Source: Candidatus Iainarchaeum sp. (GTDB taxonomy: Archaea; Iainarchaeota; Iainarchaeia; Iainarchaeales; UBA10219). From it: DNA of 64,000 bases. Location: NCBI GenBank assembly GCA_018304425.1, contig JAGVWE010000004.1, positions 187,189 to 251,188 of the forward strand. The letters run 5' to 3'. The notes beneath the pieces are model-generated. The model searched no databases. It saw nothing but the letters and a program-made list of their open reading frames with translations, and had not been told where the DNA came from. The translations under genes and the position numbers were made by a program. Every line of letters begins with the position of its first letter. The stretch's first letter is position 1. This document shows positions 1-9,119 of the stretch, piece by piece.

Positions 1-404
1 AGCCGCGCGATGACGAGCCCTGCCGCCGTGTAGTAGACGAAGTAGCCGACCACGAGGCTTGCGTAGAAGCCCGTGGGGTAAACCCTGCTCGTGTAAATGA
101 TGTAGGCTTCGGGTACCGCGGCAATGAACCACACCAGGAGGCCCAGCTTCCGGCCTTTCTCCACCCAGTTGCCTTGGAACCTCTGCCCCACCGCGTCGTA
201 GACCATGGCGGCGACCAAGCCCATGACGAAGGGATGCAGCCAGAACAGGGTCATCAAGGGGTCTTTGAGGTCGCGGATGGAGCCGAGTTCCGTCCACTTG
301 TAGGGAAACACCAGCTGGATGAGCGCTTCAAAGGCGAATGAAAGCACGAGGATGACGAGCCCGGCCGCGAGGCCCGCCAACAGGGTCCGCTTGTTCAAGC
401 ACAT
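1..404 (-). CDS. Multi-pass membrane protein, truncated by window edge
   Basis: Manual translation from ATG 404: MCLNKRTLLAGLAAGLVILVLSFAFEALIQLVFPY..., several hydrophobic segments, open to position 1. Confidence 0.75.
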   Translation of the reverse strand, partial: MCLNKRTLLAGLAAGLVILVLSFAFEALIQLVFPYKWTELGSIRDLKDPLMTLFWLHPFVMGLVAAMVYDAVGQRFQGNWVEKGRKLGLLVWFIAAVPEAYIIYTSRVYPTGFYASLVVGYFVYYTAAGLVIAR

Positions 405-450
405 GCCAAGACTAAGGAGTTAACTGCAATAAAAACGTTTCGCCGGGCGG

Positions 451-516
451 TTAGGGGGCACGTTTTTAGTCCCGTGGCCCCCAAAGAGAAAGAAAAATCC
501 CGCCTCCCGGATTTGC
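451..516. repeat. 66-bp direct repeat, copy 1 (tRNA-Tyr 3' end plus downstream hairpin), att-like
   Basis: Matches 3334-3399 with one mismatch (cccgtgg vs cctgtgg). Confidence 0.95.
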
Positions 517-556
517 TGGTTCTAGCTTACTTGGAGTATTTGTAGCAGGAAGGTCG

Positions 557-817
557 CTAATATGCCTGGTCGTGGTGCGTGTAGTCTTCGAGTACCACGG
601 CCTTCCGGCTTTCGGCGATGGTATAAGTTAAAACGAAGGAACCGTAGATATGTACACGTCGCAGGTGCTGTAACGGCGCATGCAATGGCTTGAACCGGTG
701 CGGGTCTTCAAGGATTTGCCGGATTTTCTTCTGCAGGGCCGCATACTGTATCGGATCCCTTTTCGCCATTTTCGCGATTATTTTGTCCAAGCGCTTGCTC
801 GACTCGAGGAAATACAT
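557..817 (-). CDS. RelE/ParE/YafQ-family toxin
   Basis: 86 aa basic protein, FKPL..PLQHLRRVHI.GSFVL.Y, C-terminal HHD.AY. Confidence 0.85.
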   Translation of the reverse strand: MYFLESSKRLDKIIAKMAKRDPIQYAALQKKIRQILEDPHRFKPLHAPLQHLRRVHIYGSFVLTYTIAESRKAVVLEDYTHHDQAY

Positions 818-818
818 G

Positions 819-1058
819 TCATTTCCTCATGGACGCGAACCACGCTTCGACATCTGGCACCCGGTATTTTTTCTCCTTCTGGTACCGCTTGAGCTTCTCG
901 ACGTATTCGGGCTTGAAAGGCCGCTCCAAGACCTCATACTCGTATTCTTCGACGAGCTTCTCGATGGCCTGGCTCTTGTCCCTCAAATCGTATTTGGCCT
1001 TCACTAGGTTGATGACCCGGTTGGCCCGCTTGCTGATGGAAATGATGGCCTGCACCAT
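819..1058 (-). CDS. Putative antitoxin (DUF2683-like)
   Basis: MVQAII.IS..ANRVINLVKAKYDLRDKSQAI; directly upstream of the RelE-like toxin. Confidence 0.75.
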   Translation of the reverse strand: MVQAIISISKRANRVINLVKAKYDLRDKSQAIEKLVEEYEYEVLERPFKPEYVEKLKRYQKEKKYRVPDVEAWFASMRK

Positions 1059-1068
1059 GCAAAATCAC

Positions 1069-1093
1069 CCGTATTAATATGGTGTTAATACGG
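1069..1093. promoter_or_regulatory. Inverted-repeat operator candidate of the TA operon
   Basis: CCGTATTAA-7nt-TTAATACGG immediately upstream of the antitoxin start. Confidence 0.55.
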
Positions 1094-1113
1094 TATTAAT
1101 AAGAGTTTCGGCT

Positions 1114-1587
1114 CTACAAAAGGCGCGCCAATTGGATGACGTCCACATAGCCGGTTTTTTGCTTGCAGTGCTTTCGGAGCCTTCCCTCTCGCTTGAACCC
1201 GAACTTCCGGTAGAACCAGTGGGCTTTCCGGTTGTCGGCTTCGGCCCGCAACTGTACGCGCTTGATTCCCTGTCTGCGGGCCCGCGCCAGGAAGAACCGC
1301 ATGAGCCTGCTGCCGAGGCCCTTGCGGTGGAGGCAGGGCCGCACCGCGAACGCGCTGATGTTTACCACGTGACGGCACTTTCCGACTTCGCGGAGGTAGC
1401 CGCCATAGGCCAGGACTTTGCCCGTTTCCTCGACTACCCACATTTCTTTTTCCTTCATCAGCCGCTTCCACAGCTTCTTGAAGGCCGGCAACGGCATCCA
1501 GTCGAAGTGCATGAACGGTTCGACGTCGGGATGATAGTAGATTTCGTAGACGCTGGCTGCATCCGAGGATTTGGCGCGGCGGATCAT
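1114..1587 (-). CDS. GNAT N-acetyltransferase
   Basis: V.P..HRKGLGS.L motif A; N..A..FY.KFGF..EG. Confidence 0.9.
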   Translation of the reverse strand: MIRRAKSSDAASVYEIYYHPDVEPFMHFDWMPLPAFKKLWKRLMKEKEMWVVEETGKVLAYGGYLREVGKCRHVVNISAFAVRPCLHRKGLGSRLMRFFLARARRQGIKRVQLRAEADNRKAHWFYRKFGFKREGRLRKHCKQKTGYVDVIQLARLL

Positions 1588-2324
1588 CCACGAACCCCAA
1601 CCCGTCCTTTCTCGGCCGCCGTTCCGCCCTTCCTGAATACCAGCAGGTTTTCGGCCACTTCGAGGGGAAGGGGGTCCCTAACCCCGTGTTCTTGGAGGGC
1701 GGCCTGGAAGTCTCCGGCGATGTTCTCGGTCGTGGCTTCATCCAGTTCGAACCCGTTTTCCTTGAACAGCCGAATCCATTCCGTCCCAGGTTTTTCGTTG
1801 CAGTGGTAGAAATAGCTTTTTGGGCCGCCGTAGGGGGAGCTGAAGACCACCGTGTCGGAGCTGCGGGTAACCGTTTCGAGGAGCGTTCGGGTGGCCCGGT
1901 TGGGGATGTGTTCCGCCACTTCCGAGCAAATGGCTAAATCGAATTTTTTCCCCAGTTCCAGCGGCTTCCGCAAATCGTGTTCAATCATCTTTTCCGGTGG
2001 AATCAGCGCCAGTTTGACCGCCGCCCTGCTGCCGTCCACGCCCAGGATTTCCCGGCCGCGTTCCTGGAAGCAATGCAGGTAGGTTCCGATGCCGCAGCCG
2101 ATGTCCACCACGCTGTGCGGGTCGAGGTGTTTCACGAGGACATCGGCGAATAGTTTTGGCGCCGTATGGCGGCGTTCCTCGAACCGCAGGTAAGAGGTGG
2201 AGAAGAACTTTTCGTCGTACAACGCGTCCACCTGTTCCTTGAATGGGGCGAGGAGGATGGTTTTCAGCCGCCACAACTTGTAGCGCCCCCATCCAAGGAG
2301 CGTCTCAAGGCGTTTTCCTGTCAT
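1584..2324 (-). CDS. Class I SAM-dependent methyltransferase
   Basis: VVDIGCGIG, FDLAICSEVAEHI; start placed at ATG 2324 after GGAG. Confidence 0.85.
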   Translation of the reverse strand: MTGKRLETLLGWGRYKLWRLKTILLAPFKEQVDALYDEKFFSTSYLRFEERRHTAPKLFADVLVKHLDPHSVVDIGCGIGTYLHCFQERGREILGVDGSRAAVKLALIPPEKMIEHDLRKPLELGKKFDLAICSEVAEHIPNRATRTLLETVTRSSDTVVFSSPYGGPKSYFYHCNEKPGTEWIRLFKENGFELDEATTENIAGDFQAALQEHGVRDPLPLEVAENLLVFRKGGTAAEKGRVGVRG

Positions 2325-2373
2325 TCTACTCCCAGTTGGTTGGACTTTTTCGGCATGGGCCGGTAGCGGGTGG

Positions 2374-3297
2374 TTAGTTGTTTTTGGTCTTGCGTTCACG
2401 GTTTTCGCCTTCCAACAGGAAGTCCTTGTACTGGTTTCCATACACGTTATACAGGTATTTGAGGAATGGTTTCTCCTTTTTCTTCGCGTCGACTTCCCTG
2501 AGCACCAGGTAATACAGCATTTTCTCGGCGTCGAAGATGTTCAGCAGCGGATAACCGTTTCTGAAGAGCGCGTGGTTCATCAGGAGCCTGGAGAGGCGCC
2601 CGTTGCCGTCCATGAAGGGATGGATTTTCACGAATTTCAGGTGCACGAGCCCGGCCAATTCAAACGGGTGCAGGAGGTTTTCGGCTTCCCTGAGCCAGGA
2701 GAAGAACCGCACCATTTCGCTCGGCACCTTTTCCGGGGGCGGGGGCCGGTAATTTCCGACGATGTTTTGCCCTTTCCGTATCCGGCCGGCTTCCGGATGG
2801 ACCCCCCGCATCTGGAGGGCGTGCAGTCTCAGCACGAGGTCTTGGTCGATGATTCCCTTGTAATCGAAGAGGAAGTCGATGCATTCCTTCATGTTCTTGA
2901 CTTCCTGCACGTCGCGCTTCGTGTGTTCCGCTTTGGGTTTTTTGCCTTCCAGCACGCCCTTCGTGTCCTCGTAACTCAGCGAGTTGCCTTCGATGGCGTT
3001 GGTGTTGTAGACGAAGCCGACCATGCGTTCTTTCTCGGTCTTCCACAGGCTTTTCCCGATTTTGTGTTTCGCCGCATAGGCGGCCTTGATGCGGTCGACG
3101 ATTTTCATTTGCTTGGCCGTCATCAGCCGCCGGACCGGCTGGACCAGCGAAAGTTCTTTCTCGGCCAGCGCAAGATTCGAGAGGTCAGCTCCGACGTATT
3201 TCCGGATTTTCTTCCACTTGCCCGGCGACACGCGAATATTCCGGGAGAGGTAGAAATATTCCTTGCCTCCTATCCTCTTCTTCTCGACGTAGGCCAT
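2374..3297 (-). CDS. Fic-family protein
   Basis: HPFMDGNGRLSR Fic motif; YNTNAIEGNSL. Confidence 0.92.
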   Translation of the reverse strand: MAYVEKKRIGGKEYFYLSRNIRVSPGKWKKIRKYVGADLSNLALAEKELSLVQPVRRLMTAKQMKIVDRIKAAYAAKHKIGKSLWKTEKERMVGFVYNTNAIEGNSLSYEDTKGVLEGKKPKAEHTKRDVQEVKNMKECIDFLFDYKGIIDQDLVLRLHALQMRGVHPEAGRIRKGQNIVGNYRPPPPEKVPSEMVRFFSWLREAENLLHPFELAGLVHLKFVKIHPFMDGNGRLSRLLMNHALFRNGYPLLNIFDAEKMLYYLVLREVDAKKKEKPFLKYLYNVYGNQYKDFLLEGENRERKTKNN

Positions 3298-3333
3298 ACA
3301 ACAATTAGGGAGCACAAAATTTAAAAACCTATT

Positions 3334-3399
3334 TTAGGGGGCACGTTTTTAGTCCTGTGGCCCCCAAAGAGAAAGAAAAATCCCGCCTCCCGGATTTGC
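3334..3399. repeat. 66-bp direct repeat, copy 2 (overlaps tRNA-Tyr 3' end)
   Basis: Matches 451-516. Confidence 0.95.
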
Positions 3400-3505
3400 A
3401 CCGGGGATCTTCTGGTCGCTGCCTCGTCTCCACGCGCTGGACCCGCTTTTACGCGGGTGTCCAACAGTCTACAGCCAGACGCGTTAGCTACTACGCTAAG
3501 GCGGG
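3381..3505 (-). tRNA. tRNA-Tyr(GTA) with ~52-nt intron at 37/38
   Basis: CCCGCCT/AGGCGGG acceptor stem, TCTGG-CT-GTA-G[intron]A-CCAGA anticodon arm, GGTGCAAATCC T-arm. Confidence 0.92.
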
Positions 3506-3595
3506 ATACGCCTTGGCTTGCCCTGAATGGGCTCGCCTACCCAAATAGGTTGGGCATCCTTTTTATTCTTTGCCTTTTAGGGCCTGCCCCGGGCC

Positions 3596-4345
3596 TTACA
3601 AGACCGAAATAAGCAGGTAGAACGCGCCAAAGCCCACGCACCACCAGCCGAAGTTGATGCGTTCCGCGAACTTGAGGAGCACGCCAATCGAGGCATAGCC
3701 CACCGTGAAGGAGGCGAGCACGCCGAGCCAGATGTTGGGGTCGGGGACGAAGCCCTCCGCAGCCCCGAAGAGGACTTCGGCTGCTGCCACGGTGGGGATG
3801 CTCAGCAGGAAGCTCAGGCGAAAGGCCTGCTCGGGCTTGAAGCCCTCCAACAAGAGCACGCTGGTCGTGGTGCCGCTGCGGCTGATGCCTGGCAGCACGG
3901 AAAAGCCCTGTGCCAGTCCCAGCAGGACCGCGTTTTTCTTGGTGAAGAAGCCGTGCCTTCCCAGGTGCGCGAACAATTCCAGCAACCCCGTGGCCACCAA
4001 GAAGAAGCCGATGACCGGCATGACCAGGCGGGTGTTCAACGCAAGTTTTTTCAGCAATAGGAGGCTGGGCACCGCCGTGACTCCCGTGGCCAGCAGGGTG
4101 ACGAAGAGGAACCGCGCAAGCTTGGGATCCTTCCAGGCGAGCAGTTCCCTGATTTCGTGGCGGAAGTAAACCGTGGCCGCGGCCAGCGTGCCCACGTGGA
4201 GGAACAGCGAGTGGCTGACGGATTCCTGGACGGTTAAGCCGAAGACCCGCATGGCCAGCACCATGACCTGGCCCTGGCTGCTGATGGGCAGCCACTCGGT
4301 GATGCCTTGGATGACTCCCAAGACCAGGGACTGGAACAGGTCCAT
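3596..4345 (-). CDS. uppP: Undecaprenyl-diphosphate phosphatase (BacA family)
   Basis: LGVIQGITEWLPISSQG and PGISRSGTT motifs. Confidence 0.92.
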   Translation of the reverse strand: MDLFQSLVLGVIQGITEWLPISSQGQVMVLAMRVFGLTVQESVSHSLFLHVGTLAAATVYFRHEIRELLAWKDPKLARFLFVTLLATGVTAVPSLLLLKKLALNTRLVMPVIGFFLVATGLLELFAHLGRHGFFTKKNAVLLGLAQGFSVLPGISRSGTTTSVLLLEGFKPEQAFRLSFLLSIPTVAAAEVLFGAAEGFVPDPNIWLGVLASFTVGYASIGVLLKFAERINFGWWCVGFGAFYLLISVL

Positions 4346-4425
4346 GCCATGTTAGTGTGGCCACCCCTATAAATGGCTTTTCCTCTGCCTTTAAATTCAC
4401 GTAATGCCTTAATTTAGGGGATTGC

Positions 4426-5307
4426 ATGGCTTTGACTTCGCTGGTGGCCAAGACCTTCAAGGAGGCCAAGATGGTCACGGGCCTGGCCAAGAACACCCTG
4501 GTCTTCAAGCTCAAGCGCAGGGCGCTCCGCAAGCGGTTCCGGTTCGGCAAAATCGAGACCATCGTGGTCGACATGGATGGCACGCTGTTCGAAAGCGATG
4601 CCGGCAAGGAAGCCTTGAACCTCACCTTTTCCGACCTCGTCGAAGAAGGCATTCCCAGGGGAGAACTCATCTACAACCTCATCATGCGCCGCATCTCCCA
4701 CGGCATTTACTCGATTGAGGACGCCATCATCAACGGCAACAAGCTCCTCGCCGGCAAGGGCTTCAAGCGAAGCGACTTCCGGAAGGTCTTGGAGATGTGC
4801 AAGCCCGGCCTCCGCCTGCAATTGATTCAGGCCTTGAAGGAACTCAAGAAGCGGACCAACGCGAAACTCGTCTTAGCTACGTTATCCAGCGTGGAATTCG
4901 GCCAGGACCTCAATGACTTCCTGCGCCGGAAGCATGGCTTCAAATTCGACGGCATCATCGGCTCGAGCCTGGTCTTCGACCGGCAGAACCGCATCACGGG
5001 CCTCCGCGAAATCATCGGAACCCGCAACCGCGTCATCGGCAGCATCCGCGTGCGGACCAAGCTGAAGGCCCTGCGCGACCTCTTCCGTGAGCGGGGCTGG
5101 CGGTTTGACTTGAACACCGCCTTGTTGATTACGGATGGCTACGGCGACATCGACCTGGCCAAGGACATGAAGACCGTGCTCATCAAGCCCAGGCGCATGA
5201 TGAACGTGGCCCAGAAGGTCTCGCAGAAGCTGCGGCTCGCCGACCTCATCGTAAAAGACGACTGCGGCCTGAAAGAGCGGCTCCTGGCCCTCATCGGCGG
5301 GCGATGA
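4426..5307 (+). CDS. HAD-superfamily hydrolase (SerB-like)
   Basis: VVDMDGTL motif I, TDGYGDI motif IV. Confidence 0.8.
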   Translation: MALTSLVAKTFKEAKMVTGLAKNTLVFKLKRRALRKRFRFGKIETIVVDMDGTLFESDAGKEALNLTFSDLVEEGIPRGELIYNLIMRRISHGIYSIEDAIINGNKLLAGKGFKRSDFRKVLEMCKPGLRLQLIQALKELKKRTNAKLVLATLSSVEFGQDLNDFLRRKHGFKFDGIIGSSLVFDRQNRITGLREIIGTRNRVIGSIRVRTKLKALRDLFRERGWRFDLNTALLITDGYGDIDLAKDMKTVLIKPRRMMNVAQKVSQKLRLADLIVKDDCGLKERLLALIGGR

Positions 5308-6190
5308 GCAGGCCCCGTTTCACGAACAATTCCTCGTAGCCCAGGGGCCACAACAGGGTCGTCCAGATCCCGGCCAAAAAGTAGAGGATGTAGCTCGCAT
5401 TCGGGGTCACCCACGCGAACCGGTAGACGTAGATGGGCGCGAGCAAGGCGAGCAAACCCGCGTACCCGATGGCTTCCTTCCAGTAGAGGTGCCTTCGCTT
5501 GACCACGAACTTTTCCATGCGCAGTTCCTTGGACGCGAAGAACCCCACGTAAAAGCCAAGCAACGCCGAGATGAGGGGGATGTAGTCCATGAACGCCAGG
5601 GCCAGCATGGCCAGCACGACCACGATGATCAACGCGACCTCGTCGCCCAACTGGGTGAGCCTGAAATGCTTGTGACGCCACACGTTTTCCACGTGGCGAT
5701 TGGCTTTGCCCATCAGCCAGCCCAGTGCAAGGCCCCCGATGACGTCCGTGGGATAGTGCACGCCCAGGTACACCCTTGAAACCGCTACCCCGATTACCAG
5801 CACCGCCAGCAAGGCCTTGAGCGCCGGAAAATAGGGGGCAAGGTGCGCGTACATGGCGGCGGCCAGGCTTGCATGCCCGCTTGGAAACGAGGGGGTCACA
5901 AACTTGTCGTGTTCGAGTACTTCCAGCCAGGGAAGGCTGGGCCGCGGCCGGCCCACCATGAATTTGAGGATGCCGGTTGCGACCAGCGTGAACAACACGG
6001 TGTTGACCAGGAAAAACCCCCGCGACTCCCGGCCAGACCAGTAAATGCCGGCAATGAGGAGCAGCCACACCAGGGGGTCGCCGGCCAGCGTCCAAGCCGT
6101 GAACAAGAGGTTCAGTCCCGGGGCGTGCAGGGCTTGAACGCCGTTGACAATGGCTTCATCCAGCCCCAAGACACCCAACTGCAGGCTCAT
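5291..6190 (-). CDS. PAP2-family membrane phosphatase
   Basis: K....RPRP, SFPSGHA, SRVYLGVHYPTDV. Confidence 0.92.
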   Translation of the reverse strand: MSLQLGVLGLDEAIVNGVQALHAPGLNLLFTAWTLAGDPLVWLLLIAGIYWSGRESRGFFLVNTVLFTLVATGILKFMVGRPRPSLPWLEVLEHDKFVTPSFPSGHASLAAAMYAHLAPYFPALKALLAVLVIGVAVSRVYLGVHYPTDVIGGLALGWLMGKANRHVENVWRHKHFRLTQLGDEVALIIVVVLAMLALAFMDYIPLISALLGFYVGFFASKELRMEKFVVKRRHLYWKEAIGYAGLLALLAPIYVYRFAWVTPNASYILYFLAGIWTTLLWPLGYEELFVKRGLLIARR

Positions 6191-6269
6191 GACACGCTAT
6201 TTAAGGGCAAAACCTCGATATAAACCTTTAGGCCTGGCAAAAACGTCTCATACCTCGCATGGGACAACC

Positions 6270-6719
6270 CTAGACCTTGCTCTTCATGACCCTTTTCATG
6301 CCCGGGATCTCAATCGAGGAATAGTCAATCATCAGCTTGCATTCCTTGAACGCCTTGCGCAAGGCATACACCTTGCAGAAGTCAAACAACTCGCCTCGCT
6401 CGTTCTTCTGGAGCTTGGGCAGCTCCGTAATCTCGTTGATGACCGCCGAGACCTTGCGCCCGTTGACGGCCGCGAGCACGCCGGCGAGGTCGGCCTCGGT
6501 CTTGCCCGGCTTTATCTCTTCTTTCAGCGCGGCGTCCAGCTTGTCCAAGGCCACGCACTTGCGCAGGTTCTCCTCGACCTTCTTGTCGATGCCCGTGCCC
6601 AGGCTCGCGAGGAACTCCATGACCGTGCGGGGCTCCATGCCCGGTTCGACCTTCAGCTTCTTCACCGAAACCCAGTCCTCGTAGTTCGCCACGAATTGAA
6701 TGAACTTCTCGTCCGCCAT
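6270..6719 (-). CDS. Conserved archaeal protein (DUF2666-like)
   Basis: MADEKFIQFVANYEDWVSVKKLKV..VMEFLASL; family recalled from memory, not searched. Confidence 0.6.
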   Translation of the reverse strand: MADEKFIQFVANYEDWVSVKKLKVEPGMEPRTVMEFLASLGTGIDKKVEENLRKCVALDKLDAALKEEIKPGKTEADLAGVLAAVNGRKVSAVINEITELPKLQKNERGELFDFCKVYALRKAFKECKLMIDYSSIEIPGMKRVMKSKV

Positions 6720-6830
6720 GCGTTCGCCTCCCAAAAAACGGCTCCCAATAGCTTACTTCAAGCAGGTATTTAATTGTTTGGCTACCACCAGAAGCCTTGC
6801 TTTTGCTGGTGGGAAAAAACGCCGTCGGCT

Positions 6831-7832
6831 TCACTTCACGTGCGCCTGCACCAGCTCGACGCCCGCCTCTTGGAGGATGCGTTTCGCGGTCTCCGAAACC
6901 GCGTACTCCACGTTGTACACCACTTTCGCAATGCCCGCGTTGATGGCCATCTTCGCGCACTGCAGGCAGGGGCTCATCGTAGTGTAAAGGGTGGAACCCT
7001 TCAATTCCACGCCATGGTAGGAGGCCTGCACGATGGCGTTTTCCTCGGCATGCGAGCACACGCATTCCTCGAGATTCGTTCCCGACTTGGCGAAGCTGTT
7101 GCACCGCGGGCAGCCGCCCTCGTTGCAGTTGCGCACGCCGCGCGGGGTGCCATTGTAGCCCGTGGAGATAAGCCGCTTGTCTTTCACGATGACCGCGCCT
7201 ATCTTCCGCTTCACGCAGTTGCTTCGGCTCGAGACCTCCCGCGCGATGTGGATGAAGTACTCGTCCCAGCTCGGCCGCTCGAAGTTCTGTGGTAGCCCTG
7301 CAATCGTCGCGTCGGCATTCTTGTACAAGTGTTCGAGGCTGCCGTCGTTCACGACCTCCACGTCGGCCATCCCCCGCAAAGCATCCAGTTGCTGTGCGCT
7401 CGCATCCGCATTCCGTGCCTCCCGTTCCTCGGCTTTCCTGAACTCGGCCAGCGTCTTCGAGTCCCCGGTCCGCTTGCGGTCCAGCGCGCGCTTGAACCGC
7501 ACTTCGGTCGGCGCCTCAATCCACAGCAAGTGGAAGTTGCCCGCCGCCTTCAAGGCCGAAACCTCGGCCGGGTTGCGGATGCTGTCAATCACCCAGTTCG
7601 AGTCCTTCTTGAGGCGCGGCAGGATGCGTTCCGCGAGCACGGCCGGGCCGAATTTCTCGCGCAGTTCGTTGCCCAAGCCAATCATGGCATCGCGGCTCTC
7701 CGACTGGCCGCGGGCCTTCAACTCGTCGCGGATGACGTCGGAAAGCGAGGCATAGCCGAAGCTCTTGGCCTTCAAGTGCTCGGCCACCGTGCCCTTCCCC
7801 GCGCAATTCCTGCCCGTTAAACCGATGAGCAT
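6831..7832 (-). CDS. P-loop nucleotide kinase-like domain fused to dCMP deaminase
   Basis: N-terminal GLTGRNCAGKGT; C-terminal RPSWDEYF, HAEENAI, SPCLQC. Confidence 0.9.
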   Translation of the reverse strand: MLIGLTGRNCAGKGTVAEHLKAKSFGYASLSDVIRDELKARGQSESRDAMIGLGNELREKFGPAVLAERILPRLKKDSNWVIDSIRNPAEVSALKAAGNFHLLWIEAPTEVRFKRALDRKRTGDSKTLAEFRKAEEREARNADASAQQLDALRGMADVEVVNDGSLEHLYKNADATIAGLPQNFERPSWDEYFIHIAREVSSRSNCVKRKIGAVIVKDKRLISTGYNGTPRGVRNCNEGGCPRCNSFAKSGTNLEECVCSHAEENAIVQASYHGVELKGSTLYTTMSPCLQCAKMAINAGIAKVVYNVEYAVSETAKRILQEAGVELVQAHVK

Positions 7833-7904
7833 CGTATCCACCTATTTCCGCCCCAAGCAGTTTTAAAGCCAATCCATTCCTTGCCATCAAGCCGAGGGGC
7901 AACC

Positions 7905-8077
7905 TTTAAATTCTCGTCGGTTGTAAGTTAACTGTATGCACGCGCCAAGAAGGGATTTACTTTGGCACCCGTTCCACTGATTTAACCAGCGTGCGCACTG
8001 GCAAGGCCAGTTTTTCCCCCGGCTTTTTCAAAAAGGCTGCTAACTTTAGAAGGAATCTACTTTGGCTCCGGCCTTGA
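7905..8077 (+). promoter_or_regulatory. trp promoter/leader: TATA box, leaderless uORF1 (7936-7980, MHAPRRDLLWHPFH), two CTT-TGG putative +1 shift sites, hairpin/T-tract module
   Basis: TTTAAATT at 7905-7912; AGA AGG GAT TTA CTT TGG at 7948-7965; AGA AGG AAT CTA CTT TGG at 8048-8065. Confidence 0.8.
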
Positions 8078-9119
8078 ATCGCCTTTAAAGTCAGCCCTCA
8101 GCCAAGCCATTGACGGAAAGCTCTCCCCCACCGCCCTCGGAGAAGGCCTCCGCCAAATCCTCTCCGGCCAGGCCACGGACGCGCAAACCGCTTGCCTGCT
8201 CACCTGCCTCCGCCTGCAAGGCCTCGAAGCCCCCCAGCTGGTGGCAGCGGTCTTGGCCCTCCAGGAATTCATGCACGCCATCCACCCCAACGGCGACCAG
8301 CCCCTCTTGGACATCGTGGGCACGGGCGGCGACCAAGCCGGCACCTTCAACGTCTCCACGGCCTCGATGTTCGCCGCCGCAGGCGCGGGTTGCCGGGTCG
8401 CGAAACACGGCAACCGGGGTTTCACTTCCAAGACGGGCGCAGCCGACGTCCTCGAAAAACTCGGCGTCAACATCGGGCTCTCGCCAGCCGCCAGCGCGCG
8501 GTTATTGGAAGAAACCGGAGCCTGTTTCCTGTTTGCGCCCACTTTCCACCCCGCCCTGGCTTATGTAGCAGGCGTGCGGCGGGAGCTGGGCTTCCGCACG
8601 CTCTTCAACCTCCTGGGGCCCCTTGCCAACCCAGCCAACGCTTCCACGCGGCTCGTTGGCGCCAATTCCCCGGAGAACGCGCGCGTGCTCGCGAAAGCCC
8701 TGCAACGCCTGGGCCTCGCACACTGCCTCGTCGTCCACGGCTCCCAGGGCACGGCCTCCCGCGCTCCCGGCCTCGACGAGCTCTCCACGCTCGGCAAAAA
8801 CCTCTGCATCGAAGTCAAGGGCAAGGCCTCCAAGGAATTCTTCTTGCGGCCCGCGGAGTTCGGCTTCAAGCCCGCTGCACTCGCCGACCTGCAAGTCCAC
8901 TCCGTCGACGAAAGCGCGGCCGCCGTTCTGTCCGTCCTCCGCGGCGAAGCCGGCGCCAAGCGCGACGTCGTCCTCTTCAACGCCGGCGCGGCCATCCACG
9001 TCAACGGCCTCGCGGGTTCCATCGCCGAAGGCATGGCCCTTGCCCGCGGCTCCATTGACTCCGGCCAGGCCCTCGAAAAACTCGAACAACTGAAGGTGAA
9101 ATCGAATGCACTTGCTTGA
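8061..9119 (+). CDS. trpD: Anthranilate phosphoribosyltransferase; N-terminal domain lacks a canonical start codon
   Basis: DIVGTGGD..GTFNVST, AKHGNR; the N-domain ILSGQATDAQTACLLTCLRLQG lies upstream of the first in-frame GTG (8241). Confidence 0.93.
   Translation, partial: FGSGLESPLKSALSQAIDGKLSPTALGEGLRQILSGQATDAQTACLLTCLRLQGLEAPQLVAAVLALQEFMHAIHPNGDQPLLDIVGTGGDQAGTFNVSTASMFAAAGAGCRVAKHGNRGFTSKTGAADVLEKLGVNIGLSPAASARLLEETGACFLFAPTFHPALAYVAGVRRELGFRTLFNLLGPLANPANASTRLVGANSPENARVLAKALQRLGLAHCLVVHGSQGTASRAPGLDELSTLGKNLCIEVKGKASKEFFLRPAEFGFKPAALADLQVHSVDESAAAVLSVLRGEAGAKRDVVLFNAGAAIHVNGLAGSIAEGMALARGSIDSGQALEKLEQLKVKSNALA

Larger units (their letters stand above)
451..3399. mobile_element. 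Small tRNA-Tyr-anchored genomic islet without an integrase
   Basis: Bounded by 66-bp direct repeats containing the tRNA 3' end; cargo is a TA pair, GNAT, methyltransferase and Fic. Confidence 0.6.

Noticed and set aside
7948-8065. T-box riboswitch reading of the motif plus cognate codon
   Set aside because: No stem I or UGGNACC antiterminator bulge seen; the exact reading-frame relationships fit translation better
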